A stretch of 29,859 bases of DNA from an uncultured Clostridium sp. (GCA_947088765.1 CAMUHU010000014.1:1-29859); one strand, 5' to 3'. Shown: positions 16,949 through 26,526, counted from the stretch's first letter. The notes: generated by a model from the sequence alone, not told the origin. Program-made: numbers and translations.

Positions 16949-17971
16949 CTAATTATTCTCTTCTAAATACTTTTTATACATTTCATCCATACTAGAAATG
17001 TATTGCTCATCTTGTTTAACTCTGTACTTTTCATATTCATTATTTGCTTTTTCAATTGCTTGTTTGTGGGATACTCTTCCAGAACCTTTTAATATTTCTT
17101 TTTTTCTAAATTTTAAAAGATTATCTGTTTCATTTATCCAATCTTTCATTGTCATTACTTGTTCTTCTTCTGCCATTGTTTCTGCATAATCTAAAAACAA
17201 AGTAGCTAAATTATTTAATTTCTTTAATTCGTTTTCATTTAAATAATTTTTCGCTATACTAATATCATATTTATATATCATTCCATCTGGTGCTTCTTTC
17301 CACGTCGTAAGTCCCATATTTATTTTCTCACTATCTACTCTTTCATAAATCAATTCTGCTGCTGTATGTCCTGTTATTGCATAATGAAGCTTGTTTTGTA
17401 CTATTTTGAAGAAAGTATATGCCTCTTCAGAATTTTTATCATAATCTATCGAAGTAGTCATAAATATATCTGTTATTTTTTGATATGCCATTCTTTCGCT
17501 TGTACGAATTACTTTTATTCTTTCTAATAATTCGTCAAAATACTTTTGATTAACTTTTCCACCTTTTAAAAATCTATCATCATCTAATGCAAATCCTTTA
17601 ATCATATACTCTTTTATTATTTTATTAGCCCATGTTCTAAATTTAATGGCTTTTTTTGAATTTACTCTAAATCCAAGAGAAATTACCATGTCTAAATTAT
17701 ATAAATAAACATTTCTTTTTACATTTCTATTTCCCTCTTTTTGAACTAGTAAGTTTTCCTTACTAGTTGCTTCTTCTTCTAGTTCATTATCAACATAGAT
17801 ATTTTTTATATGCATTGTTATATTATTTCTTGTTGTATCAAATAATTTTGCTAATGAATTCTGTGTCAACCAAACATTTTCATTTTCTAATATTACTTCG
17901 ATTTTTACATTACTATCTTCATCAGTATAAAAAATTATATTGTTTTCATTATCAATTATCCCATTTTCCAC
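16949..17971 (-). CDS. RhuM family (virulence-associated) protein
   Basis: 340 aa. The N-terminal IIFYTDEDSNVKIEVILENENVWLTQNSLAKLF and central RTSERMAYQKITDIF / HYAITGHTAAELI blocks match my recollection of the RhuM family. GTG start 7 nt after AGGAGG. Confidence 0.75.
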   Translation of the reverse strand: MENGIIDNENNIIFYTDEDSNVKIEVILENENVWLTQNSLAKLFDTTRNNITMHIKNIYVDNELEEEATSKENLLVQKEGNRNVKRNVYLYNLDMVISLGFRVNSKKAIKFRTWANKIIKEYMIKGFALDDDRFLKGGKVNQKYFDELLERIKVIRTSERMAYQKITDIFMTTSIDYDKNSEEAYTFFKIVQNKLHYAITGHTAAELIYERVDSEKINMGLTTWKEAPDGMIYKYDISIAKNYLNENELKKLNNLATLFLDYAETMAEEEQVMTMKDWINETDNLLKFRKKEILKGSGRVSHKQAIEKANNEYEKYRVKQDEQYISSMDEMYKKYLEENN

Positions 17972-18059
17972 ATTAGCACCTCCTAAATTCTTATTTATTT
18001 TATCATATTTAAAATGGTATTTTATATTTTACACGAATTGGATCACAAACTTTATATTT

Positions 18060-18839
18060 TTATATCTGTTCATCTAATCTAAAACCTAATTCTAAACATA
18101 TATTAAATAGTTTTTCTCTAGCAGTATTATTAAACTGCCAATTTCTTGAATTATAATTATTAACATCATTGAGTAAATCTCCACTATATAATAATTCAAC
18201 AAATTGCTTATCTCTAAATGATGCACAAGCTGTTAATGCCGAACATTCCATTTCAACTGTCTTACATCCTTGTTTTTTTCTTAATTCTATCTTTTCTGGT
18301 GTTTCTCTTTTTGATGCATCAGTTGTCCAAGTTTTACAAGTTTCGTATTTTATTTCTAAATCTTGTAAAATATTTTCTACTTTTTTTATTACATTAGAAT
18401 CTAATTTTATTACTTTTGATGGTTTTATATAATGAAACGATGTTCCCTCATCTCTAATTGCTGATGTTGGTATTAGAATTTCTCCTTCCTGTATATCACT
18501 TAATACTCCACACCCTCCACACGCAATTATTAGCTCTACTCCATTAGCATATAAATCTTCCATTATATTAACACATAATGGTGCTCCCATTGGTGCTTGA
18601 GTAAAAACCACTTTATGCTTATCTCTATTCATTTCATAATAGTTCCAATCTATTATATCGTGATAAACTGTCATAACATTGTTTACTTCATCTAGCTTAC
18701 TATATTCTTTTACTACTTCTTTAAAGAAACACATAATTGCTACTTTAGGTAATTTAACATTTAATTTATCTGGCATTCTAGTAGAAACTTTCTCATCATC
18801 AAATTCAAATAATGCGCATGTTTCATTCTCTATTATCAT
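18060..18839 (-). CDS. Nucleoside phosphorylase family protein (PNP/UDP-1 superfamily)
   Basis: GMGAP-like (QAPMGAPL), IIACGGCG, RDEGTSFHY and VEMECSAL blocks are typical of uridine/purine nucleoside phosphorylases. Confidence 0.7.
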   Translation of the reverse strand: MIIENETCALFEFDDEKVSTRMPDKLNVKLPKVAIMCFFKEVVKEYSKLDEVNNVMTVYHDIIDWNYYEMNRDKHKVVFTQAPMGAPLCVNIMEDLYANGVELIIACGGCGVLSDIQEGEILIPTSAIRDEGTSFHYIKPSKVIKLDSNVIKKVENILQDLEIKYETCKTWTTDASKRETPEKIELRKKQGCKTVEMECSALTACASFRDKQFVELLYSGDLLNDVNNYNSRNWQFNNTAREKLFNICLELGFRLDEQI

Positions 18840-18908
18840 ATATTGGTTCCTCTTTTCTTATACTCAAATATTTTAGTTATCTAGTAAAAATTAGCCTTTG
18901 CAAAGTGT

Positions 18909-19391
18909 CTAAATTTTGATGAATTCATATTTTACATTGTAACATTCAAATATTTTATGTATTTCTTTTGGATTAAATATTACTGTCGCTGTATTTATAT
19001 TTGGATGAAAACCTATTTTTTCGTACTTTAATATATCTTCATCTAGTATAAAAATAATATCTTTATCTTTTAAATTGATAATATTAAAAATAGAAACTGC
19101 TCCACTCTTTATTCCAAGTTTTTCTTCTAGCACATTTTCGTTTCCAAAACTTAATCTTTTTTCTCCTAATAACATTTGTAATGATTTTAAATCTATTCTT
19201 TTCTCTAAAGGTAAAGAAATCACATAATACTGGCTTTTATTGCTATTTCTTATAAAAAGATTTTTACACACTACTGCATCAAATTTTATATTATATTTTT
19301 CATTATCTTCACAAGTAAATAATGGTGGATGCTCTATTTTGGTATATTCAATATTTAATTTATCTAATAATTTATATACTTCATTTTCCAT
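18909..19391 (-). CDS. YbaK/ProX-type prolyl-tRNA synthetase-associated (aminoacyl-tRNA deacylase) domain protein
   Basis: 160 aa. The YTKIEHPPLFTCED, CKNLFIRN and GAVSIF / HPNINTATV blocks are typical of the family. Confidence 0.75.
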   Translation of the reverse strand: MENEVYKLLDKLNIEYTKIEHPPLFTCEDNEKYNIKFDAVVCKNLFIRNSNKSQYYVISLPLEKRIDLKSLQMLLGEKRLSFGNENVLEEKLGIKSGAVSIFNIINLKDKDIIFILDEDILKYEKIGFHPNINTATVIFNPKEIHKIFECYNVKYEFIKI

Positions 19392-19432
19392 TTATTTTGA
19401 CTCCTTTATAACATAAACCTATATCTTTTCTA

Positions 19433-19693
19433 TTATCTTATTGCTATCATTAATTCATTATCTTGTACCATCATGTTAGTATTTTGATATTCAAATGTTT
19501 CTCCTGTGAAAAATACTTTATAACCTTTATTTTCAAAATAATCTTTACTTATTTTTAGTACTTGATTAACTTCTTGTTCATTTAAATTATATTTTATTCT
19601 AAGTTCGTAAAAAGTATATTTTACAAATCCCTCATTTTCTTCTTCTTTGTTACTTATCAAGTCTATAATAAATTGTTTTAAATCCTTACACAT
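19433..19693 (-). CDS. Hypothetical small protein (86 aa)
   Basis: Start ATG 19693, 5 nt after AGGAAGTG. The longer track ORF (to 19735) would begin inside the promoter/terminator region. Confidence 0.5.
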   Translation of the reverse strand: MCKDLKQFIIDLISNKEEENEGFVKYTFYELRIKYNLNEQEVNQVLKISKDYFENKGYKVFFTGETFEYQNTNMMVQDNELMIAIR

Positions 19694-19717
19694 AAAATCA
19701 CTTCCTATTTTTCTGTC

Positions 19718-19726
19718 ATTATAACA
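19718..19726 (-). promoter_or_regulatory. Extended -10 element (TGTTATAAT) for the 86-aa ORF
   Basis: The minus strand reads TGTTATAAT, matching TGnTATAAT, about 25 nt upstream of the RBS. Confidence 0.35.
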
Positions 19727-19733
19727 TAGTTTC

Positions 19734-19782
19734 ATAGAAAATAAAAGGTATGGAAAACTACTTTTAAAATTTTCTATACCTT
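19734..19782 (-). terminator. Rho-independent terminator after pyrB
   Basis: 13-bp stem 19745-19757 / 19770-19782 with one mismatch and a 12-nt loop, followed on the minus strand by UUAUUUUCUAU. Confidence 0.55.
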
Positions 19783-19825
19783 AAATTTACTATATTGTTT
19801 CCATTAAATCTATTCCTTTTAATTG

Positions 19826-20737
19826 TTAAATAGTTTCTTTATTAAGTGCTTGTAATAATAGTCCCATACGAATATATAATCCGTTACCTGCTTGTTCAAA
19901 GTATAAAGCTCTTGGGTCATCATCTATATCTTCTGATATCTCCCCTGTTCGTGGTAATGGATGTAATACTATTGTATTCTCAGAGAAATTATTTAATACG
20001 TCTTTATTTATGATATATTCTTCTTTTCCAAAATCTCCTTCAAATCTTTCTTGTTGAATTCTTGTGTGATACATTACATCAATATCTTTTGGAATATCAT
20101 TAAAGCTATTACATATTGTATAATTTATGTTTTTCTCTTTTAAGAAATCAATATATTCTTGTGGAAGCATGAAATCTTTTTTACTTAGTCCATATATTTC
20201 AACATCATTATATAATGCTAATAATTTTATTAAAGAGTGTATTGTTCTTCCATATACTAAATCTCCTAAAATTGCTACTTTAACTCCATCTATTTTTCCT
20301 CTTTTTTCTCTTATTGTATACATATCCAATAATGCTTGTGTAGGATGTTCTCCTTTTCCACTTCCTGCATTTAATATTGGAACGCTTGCAACACTTGCTG
20401 CATCTATCGCTGAGTTTACATCACTATGTCTAATAACTATGGCGTCTGCATAATTTTGTAATACTCTAACTGTATCTTTTAGAGTCTCTCCTTTTTTAAC
20501 AGAAGAATTCGCTGAAGCGTTTTCTGTTGATATAACTTGTCCTCCTAATCTTAATACTGCTGTTTCAAATGAAAGCCTTGTTCTTGTACTTGGTTCATAA
20601 AACATTGTCGCTACAATTTTACCTTCAATTGCTTTTGAATATTTTTCTGGATTTTGTTTTATTTTACTTGCTAAATCAAATACCTCCTCTAAACTTTCTC
20701 TTGTATATTGTCCTGCACTTAATACATGTTTTAACAT
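19826..20737 (-). CDS. pyrB: Aspartate carbamoyltransferase catalytic subunit
   Basis: STRTR, HPTQ and HPLPR motifs. 303 aa. Confidence 0.93.
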   Translation of the reverse strand: MLKHVLSAGQYTRESLEEVFDLASKIKQNPEKYSKAIEGKIVATMFYEPSTRTRLSFETAVLRLGGQVISTENASANSSVKKGETLKDTVRVLQNYADAIVIRHSDVNSAIDAASVASVPILNAGSGKGEHPTQALLDMYTIREKRGKIDGVKVAILGDLVYGRTIHSLIKLLALYNDVEIYGLSKKDFMLPQEYIDFLKEKNINYTICNSFNDIPKDIDVMYHTRIQQERFEGDFGKEEYIINKDVLNNFSENTIVLHPLPRTGEISEDIDDDPRALYFEQAGNGLYIRMGLLLQALNKETI

Positions 20738-20809
20738 AATTTTTCCTCCCTTTATTATTTATAAATATTTTTATGTATACAAAATTTAATTCATATTAAT
20801 ATAATTATC

Positions 20810-22252
20810 TCACATACTACTGTTTTTATTGTTTTTTAACATCTCATTTTTTAGCTCCCATAATTTCTTTGATAAATCTACATAGTATTTTTGTGGATTT
20901 TCTAAACGTTTAATTTCATCCCAAACTGTATCAAGCTGTGCTTTTTTATATTCAGCAATTTCTGATAATGTAGGAGATTTATAAACTAATTTACCTCCAT
21001 TATAAATTTTTTCAGCAAGTGGTTTTACATAGTAATTACTTAATGTCTTTTTCTTCCATGGTGCTTGTGGATCAAAAATTTCATATTCATTTCCATTTAT
21101 TTCCTCATCTGCTAATGCAACTACATCTGCTAGTGCATAATTTGTATTTTTTGAATAATATCTATATACTTTTTTAAAACTTGGATTTGTAATTTTATCT
21201 ACGTTTTCACTTATCTTTATTTTGGGTATTATTTTTCCATCTTTTTCAATGGCTGCTAATTTATAAACTCCTCCAAATACAGCATCACTTTTAGCAGTTA
21301 TTAAATTTTCTCCTACTCCAAATAAGTCTACTTTTGCACCCTGTTTTATAAGTGATGATATTAAATATTCATCTAAAGAATTTGTAACACATATCTTACA
21401 GTCTTCATATCCCGCTTTATCTAGCATTATCCTTACCTTTTTAGAAAGATATGCTAAATCCCCACTATCTAATCTTACTGCTACTGGTCTTATTCCTTGT
21501 GGTTTTAATACTTCATCAAACACTTTTATTGCATTTGGGACTCCACTTTCTAAAGTATTGTAAGTGTCTACTAATAAAGTGCATCCATTTGGATATATTT
21601 CTGCATATGTTTTAAAGGCTTCATATTCAGAATCAAAACTTTGTACCCAACTATGTGCCATTGTTCCAGAAGCTGGTATATTGAATTTTTTTGCTGTTAA
21701 TGTACAAGCTGTTCCAACAGCCCCTCCAATAATTGCTGCCCTTGCACCATATATTGCAGCTGATGTCCCATGCGCCCTTCTTGCACCAAATTCCATTACA
21801 GGTCTTCCTCCTGCTTCTTTTACAATTCTATTTGTTTTTGTCGCTATTAAACTTTGGTGATTTATCATAAGTAATAACACTGTTTCTAATAGTTGTGCTT
21901 CTATCATTGGTGCTTTTATTGTAACTAATGGCTCTCCTGGGAATACTACAGTTCCTTCTGGAATTGCCCATATATCTCCGCTAAATTTAAAATTCTTTAA
22001 ATAATTTAAGAATTGCTCTGAAAAGATTTTCTTACTTTTTAAAAATTCAATATCGTCTTCATCAAATTTTAGATTTTCAATAAATTCAATTATTTGCTCT
22101 AGTCCAGCAACAATAGCATATCCTCCATTATCAGGTACATTTCTAAAAAATATATCAAAATATGCAATATCATTCATATTTTTTAATAAATATCCATTTG
22201 ACATTGTGAATTCATAAAAATCTGTTATTAACTCTAATTTTTCTTGATTCAT
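20810..22252 (-). CDS. pncB: Nicotinate phosphoribosyltransferase
   Basis: The TDFYEFTM N-terminus and FGARRAHG, GTMAHSW and RLDSGD blocks support the call. Start ATG 22252 after AGGAG; the track start at 22273 has no RBS. Confidence 0.92.
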   Translation of the reverse strand: MNQEKLELITDFYEFTMSNGYLLKNMNDIAYFDIFFRNVPDNGGYAIVAGLEQIIEFIENLKFDEDDIEFLKSKKIFSEQFLNYLKNFKFSGDIWAIPEGTVVFPGEPLVTIKAPMIEAQLLETVLLLMINHQSLIATKTNRIVKEAGGRPVMEFGARRAHGTSAAIYGARAAIIGGAVGTACTLTAKKFNIPASGTMAHSWVQSFDSEYEAFKTYAEIYPNGCTLLVDTYNTLESGVPNAIKVFDEVLKPQGIRPVAVRLDSGDLAYLSKKVRIMLDKAGYEDCKICVTNSLDEYLISSLIKQGAKVDLFGVGENLITAKSDAVFGGVYKLAAIEKDGKIIPKIKISENVDKITNPSFKKVYRYYSKNTNYALADVVALADEEINGNEYEIFDPQAPWKKKTLSNYYVKPLAEKIYNGGKLVYKSPTLSEIAEYKKAQLDTVWDEIKRLENPQKYYVDLSKKLWELKNEMLKNNKNSSM

Positions 22253-22253
22253 T

Positions 22254-23042
22254 TTATTTTTTCTCCTTTTCATTGTATAAATAATTTTTTCTGTTAAAAC
22301 TGAAAGTTGGTATTGGGATTCTTTTATGTCTTGAATTATTGTATTTTTCTATTATAATTCTTTTTACTTTTTCCTCTGTCACTCCTGTTTCAATCATTTC
22401 TGCAATTTGTGTATATTTTACTCCTAATTTTTCTTCATCTGTTTGTCCTCCTAAGCCATCATTTGGTGGTTTATTTATTATTTTATCTGGTACTCCTAAC
22501 ATTTTTCCAATTGTTAAAACCTCTGGTACTGTAAAATTAGCAATAGGATTAAAATCACAGGCACTATCTCCCCATTTAGTTGTATACCCTACCATTGCTT
22601 CACATAAGTTACCTGTTCCTATAACAAGATATCCTAATGTTTGAGCTATTGCATATAATGTTACCATTCTTAGTCTAGGTTTAATATTTATCTTCGCTTC
22701 TTTTGCTAGTTCATTTAAACCTAATTGCTTAATAGACTTATTTAATCCTTCTTCAAGTTCTGCATAAGTTTTACTTAAATCATATTTTATAAATCTTACT
22801 CCAAATGTATCTGCTACTAATTTTGCATCATCATAATCAGCATTTATCGAATTACATGGCATAGAAATTGCAAGTACTTTTTCTTTTCCTAATGCTTTAA
22901 CACTCATAGCAATTACAGTAGCAGAATCTTTTCCTCCACTATTTCCTACAACAACCCCATTTGCTCCTGAATTATTTACATATTCTTTTATCCATTTGAT
23001 TGCTTCATTCATTCTTAATTCTAATTCGTGTTTGTTTAACAT
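22254..23042 (-). CDS. nadE: Ammonia-dependent NAD+ synthetase
   Basis: SGGKDS PP-loop. 262 aa, adjacent to pncB. Confidence 0.92.
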   Translation of the reverse strand: MLNKHELELRMNEAIKWIKEYVNNSGANGVVVGNSGGKDSATVIAMSVKALGKEKVLAISMPCNSINADYDDAKLVADTFGVRFIKYDLSKTYAELEEGLNKSIKQLGLNELAKEAKINIKPRLRMVTLYAIAQTLGYLVIGTGNLCEAMVGYTTKWGDSACDFNPIANFTVPEVLTIGKMLGVPDKIINKPPNDGLGGQTDEEKLGVKYTQIAEMIETGVTEEKVKRIIIEKYNNSRHKRIPIPTFSFNRKNYLYNEKEKK

Positions 23043-23122
23043 TTATATTTCCTTTCATCATAAAATTTTATTGTATTGAACATATCTCACACAGATTCTT
23101 TTAATCTATAGCATATTTCCAT

Positions 23123-23145
23123 GGGCACATGCAATGTGCCCTTAC
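23123..23145 (-). repeat. REP-like module (GTAA variant) plus an 8-bp GC hairpin
   Basis: The minus strand reads GTAA-GGGCACAT-TGC-ATGTGCCC, starting 5 nt after the U32 stop. The hairpin is identical to the 11416 copy. Confidence 0.6.
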
Positions 23146-23150
23146 ATTTT

Positions 23151-24380
23151 TTATTTTCTTCTTCTAATTATCCAATCTCTTTCACATTGTATAGGTAAAT
23201 GCATCTTAACTTTTTGTTCTGCTTTTCCTGGACTTACACTTTCAATTTCTTCATCTGTTTCATAGTCCCATAGTCTGTCAATATTAAAAGTATGAACATC
23301 TATATTTCCTGGTATTATTATTTCTAAAGTATCACCTACTGTTAATTTGTTTTTAATTTCTATAATAGATTTATCTACATTATATTCTACTACTTTTCCT
23401 CCAAATTCATAGTTTGGATTATATTGTTTACCTTCATATTCTTGAAAGTCTTTGTTATTTCTATCATTAAAATAAAATGTTGTTAAACTTCTAGTTTTTA
23501 CTTTATCAATTTCTTTTAGGTATTTTGTATAGTCATAATTATTGGGATCTTGTACATAATCATCTATTGCATTTCTATAAGCATTTATTACACTTGATAA
23601 ATAATATTCTGTTTTTAATCTACCTTCAATTTTAACACTATCAACACCCATTGATACAATGTCTGGAATTTCCTTTAATAGACATAAATCCTTTGATGAA
23701 AATATATATGTGCCTTTTTCGTCATGTTCTACTGGCATTAAATTCCCTGGATTATTTTTTTCCTCTACATATAAATTATATGCCCATCTACAGCTTTGAG
23801 CACAGTCTCCTAAGTTCGCACTTCTTGAAGCTAAGAAATCACTTAAAAAACATCTTCCAGAATATCCAAAACATAATGCTCCATGTACAAAAATTTCTGT
23901 TTCTAATCCTATTGGAGTATTATCTATAATATATTTTATTTGTTCTTTTGATAATTCTCTTGCTAAAATTATTCTCTTTGCTCCATTTTTATACCAAAAC
24001 ATTGCATCATGTGCACTTACAGCATTTGCTTGTGTACTAATATGTATATCAATATCAGGTGCTTCTTGTTGTAAGACATCTATTACTCCTCCATCTGATG
24101 CAATTATTCCATCTACTTTAAGTTCATTTAACATTCTAGCTTGTTTTTTTATTTCTTCATATGTTTCATCCCAAGCATAAATGTTTATGGCTGCATATAC
24201 TTTTTTTCCTATACTATGAGCATATTTTATTGTGTTTGCTAAATCATCATCATTTACTTCTGCTCTGCTTCTTAAAGAAAGTGAAGCAGTTCCACAATAT
24301 ACTGCATCTGCTCCATACAAAAATGCAATCTTTGCCTTTTCAAAAGAACCTGCTGGTGCTAATAATTCTGGTTTTTTCAT
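23151..24380 (-). CDS. Peptidase U32 family protein
   Basis: The PELLAPAG N-terminus and the HGALCFGYSGRCFLS and CAQSCRW blocks are characteristic of the U32 family. Confidence 0.9.
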   Translation of the reverse strand: MKKPELLAPAGSFEKAKIAFLYGADAVYCGTASLSLRSRAEVNDDDLANTIKYAHSIGKKVYAAINIYAWDETYEEIKKQARMLNELKVDGIIASDGGVIDVLQQEAPDIDIHISTQANAVSAHDAMFWYKNGAKRIILARELSKEQIKYIIDNTPIGLETEIFVHGALCFGYSGRCFLSDFLASRSANLGDCAQSCRWAYNLYVEEKNNPGNLMPVEHDEKGTYIFSSKDLCLLKEIPDIVSMGVDSVKIEGRLKTEYYLSSVINAYRNAIDDYVQDPNNYDYTKYLKEIDKVKTRSLTTFYFNDRNNKDFQEYEGKQYNPNYEFGGKVVEYNVDKSIIEIKNKLTVGDTLEIIIPGNIDVHTFNIDRLWDYETDEEIESVSPGKAEQKVKMHLPIQCERDWIIRRRK

Positions 24381-24444
24381 TTAAAATCCTACCTTTCCAG
24401 ACATATTTCTTCATTTTTCATCTGCTCTATTGTATCACAATTAA

Positions 24445-24487
24445 AAAAAATAATATATATTTTTCATAAAAATATATATTATTTTTT
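24445..24487. terminator. Perfect 20-bp A/T-only hairpin; possible terminator after the ytvI-like gene
   Basis: AAAAAATAATATATATTTTT-CAT-AAAAATATATATTATTTTTT. It contains no G or C pairs, and its arms end in A/T runs in both orientations. Confidence 0.3.
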
Positions 24488-24578
24488 CAATTTAATGGCT
24501 TTTTAAATTATTATTCTTCCAAATGCTATAATGCATGGTGTTTCTACATATATAATGTGTGTAACACAATCAAAACAT

Positions 24579-25676
24579 TTACCTTCTGTCAAAAATTGTT
24601 TTTAAAATTCCCTTATCTATTAATCTTCCAAAAATACTTTTTAGTATAATAAGTATAATAGGTCCTATTAACATTCCTAATACACCTATAAATTTATATC
24701 CTGTATACATTGATATTAATGTAAATATTGGATGAATTCCTATTTGTGAACTTACAATTTTAGGTTCTAATAATTGTCTTACTATTATTATTATTGCGAA
24801 TAGCACTAATATTGATATTGCTAATCTTAAATCGCCATTTAATGCAGATACTACTGCCCAAGGAACCATTGCAGTTCCTGACCCTACTAAAGGTAAAGCA
24901 TCTACAAATCCAATTCCTAATGCCACAAGTAAAGGATATTTAATGTTAAAACCAAAAAGGTTCATTGCAAGTAAACCAACTAAAACAATTAAGAAATCAA
25001 TTCCTATTAATATAAATTCTGCTTTTAAATAATTCCCTAGATATGAAGCTATCTCTCTAACATGTATTCCTATTTTTCTTACCCAGTTTCTAGGTAAATG
25101 ATGTTCTAATTGGTCTAACATATATAATCTATCTGTACACATAAAATATGTGGCAATAATTGTAATTACTGTATAAATACCTATTTCTGGAAGTGATGTT
25201 ACTGCACTTAATATGGACTGTAAAAAACCGGTAATAATATTTGATACTGTATCTAGTAAATTTCTTGTTGCATTTTGAAGTATTGTATTTATTTCTTCTT
25301 TATTTTCAAATCCCTCAAATTTAACATATTGTGTTAATTCTTGCACTTTTGCATATGCAATATCTATATATCCATTTAAACCAGATAATAGATTGGAAGT
25401 TTCAGAAATTAGAGTTGTTATTCCTAAAACTAATATCCCTATAATTATTGCAAATACTAAAACCAATACGATTATTGCAGTCTTTTTTCTTTCTAGTTTT
25501 GTTTTTTTAGATGTCCATTTTATTAAAGGTTCAATTAGCATTGCTATTGCTACTGCAATTAAAAAAGGGGTATAAAATACCGATAGTTTAATCGCTAAAC
25601 ATATCCCTACAATAGTTAATGCTAGTCCTATAATTCTCCTTATAACTTTATTCCAATAACCCATATCAATAATCAT
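24579..25676 (-). CDS. ytvI: AI-2E family transporter / sporulation integral membrane protein YtvI-like
   Basis: 365 aa with about 8 TM segments and a FVDALPLVGSG block typical of the PF01594-type permeases. Confidence 0.75.
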   Translation of the reverse strand: MIIDMGYWNKVIRRIIGLALTIVGICLAIKLSVFYTPFLIAVAIAMLIEPLIKWTSKKTKLERKKTAIIVLVLVFAIIIGILVLGITTLISETSNLLSGLNGYIDIAYAKVQELTQYVKFEGFENKEEINTILQNATRNLLDTVSNIITGFLQSILSAVTSLPEIGIYTVITIIATYFMCTDRLYMLDQLEHHLPRNWVRKIGIHVREIASYLGNYLKAEFILIGIDFLIVLVGLLAMNLFGFNIKYPLLVALGIGFVDALPLVGSGTAMVPWAVVSALNGDLRLAISILVLFAIIIIVRQLLEPKIVSSQIGIHPIFTLISMYTGYKFIGVLGMLIGPIILIILKSIFGRLIDKGILKTIFDRR

Positions 25677-25811
25677 AAATTTACCTCTTACATGTCCAAT
25701 TATTTTTCTTATTATTTTATTCGTAATTTGAGGTTTTATTCTATTAATTAATAATTATTATATTAATTATAAACTATTAATTCAATATTTATTAATATGG
25801 CTTACTTAATT

Positions 25812-26405
25812 CTACATTTTAGTTGATTTTGTTTTATAATTAATTTTCTCTAATAAATAATTTCTTGTATCTATAGAGTCTGTATGTATCATTTTTCCCC
25901 TATTTATACTGTCTTTTGTTGTATAATCTATTGTTTCTATTATTGCTTTATTTATATTTAGGTATGCTAATTGTCTTTTTTCTTCTACTCCCTCATAATC
26001 TCTATTTTCTTCTATTTTGTCTGCTATAAATATAACCTTTGCCAACATATCCATATTACGATGTCCTGTTGTATGATATTTTACTGCATTTACCATTTGT
26101 TGATCAAAATTATATTTTCTTTTACTTATATCTGCACCAATTTTTGCATGTATAAGTTCTGTATTTGACTTTTCTATCTCATCAAGTTCTACATTATATT
26201 TTGATATGTATTCTTCTATTTCTGATGTTTTCATCTGTTTTGCTATATCATGTACTAATCCTATTAATCTTGCTTTTTTACTATCTAAACCATAAAATTT
26301 TGCTAGTTCCTCTGCCTTTTTCATTACTCCTATTGAATGATTATATCTATGCTCTGTTAATCTTTCTTTTATATCTCTATTTATTTGTTCCTCTAAATTA
26401 TCCAT
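25812..26405 (-). CDS. yqeK: HD-domain bis(5'-nucleosyl)-tetraphosphatase YqeK
   Basis: RYNHSIGV ... GLVHDIAK HD motif. 197 aa. Confidence 0.85.
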   Translation of the reverse strand: MDNLEEQINRDIKERLTEHRYNHSIGVMKKAEELAKFYGLDSKKARLIGLVHDIAKQMKTSEIEEYISKYNVELDEIEKSNTELIHAKIGADISKRKYNFDQQMVNAVKYHTTGHRNMDMLAKVIFIADKIEENRDYEGVEEKRQLAYLNINKAIIETIDYTTKDSINRGKMIHTDSIDTRNYLLEKINYKTKSTKM

Positions 26406-26488
26406 TTTCTCGCCCTTCTTAAAACTAAATCCATTTACTTTTTTATTTATAATACTATATTTGAAATTTGTTTTTTCTTATATTATTA

Positions 26489-26526
26489 GGGCGAGTAAAA
26501 TTTGCTTCGCAAATTTTTCACGCTCC
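26489..26526. repeat. AAATTTGC-NNN-GCAAATTT hairpin element, copy B
   Basis: Core AAAATTTGC-TTC-GCAAATTTT (26497-26517) with imperfect GC-containing extensions. It lies 7 nt from the REP-like module at 26534. Confidence 0.5.

Noticed and set aside
16493-17971. RhuM + GNAT as a GNAT-toxin type II TA pair
   Set aside because: GNAT toxins pair with small RHH/HTH antitoxins encoded immediately adjacent. Here the partner is a 340-aa RhuM-family protein, and the GNAT shows no feature distinguishing it from ordinary acetyltransferases.
23123-23160. REP-like hairpins as ordinary rho-independent terminators
   Set aside because: In the gene (minus) orientation none of the copies is followed by a U-tract. 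The only T-run (23146-23160) follows the hairpin on the plus strand, where there is no gene.
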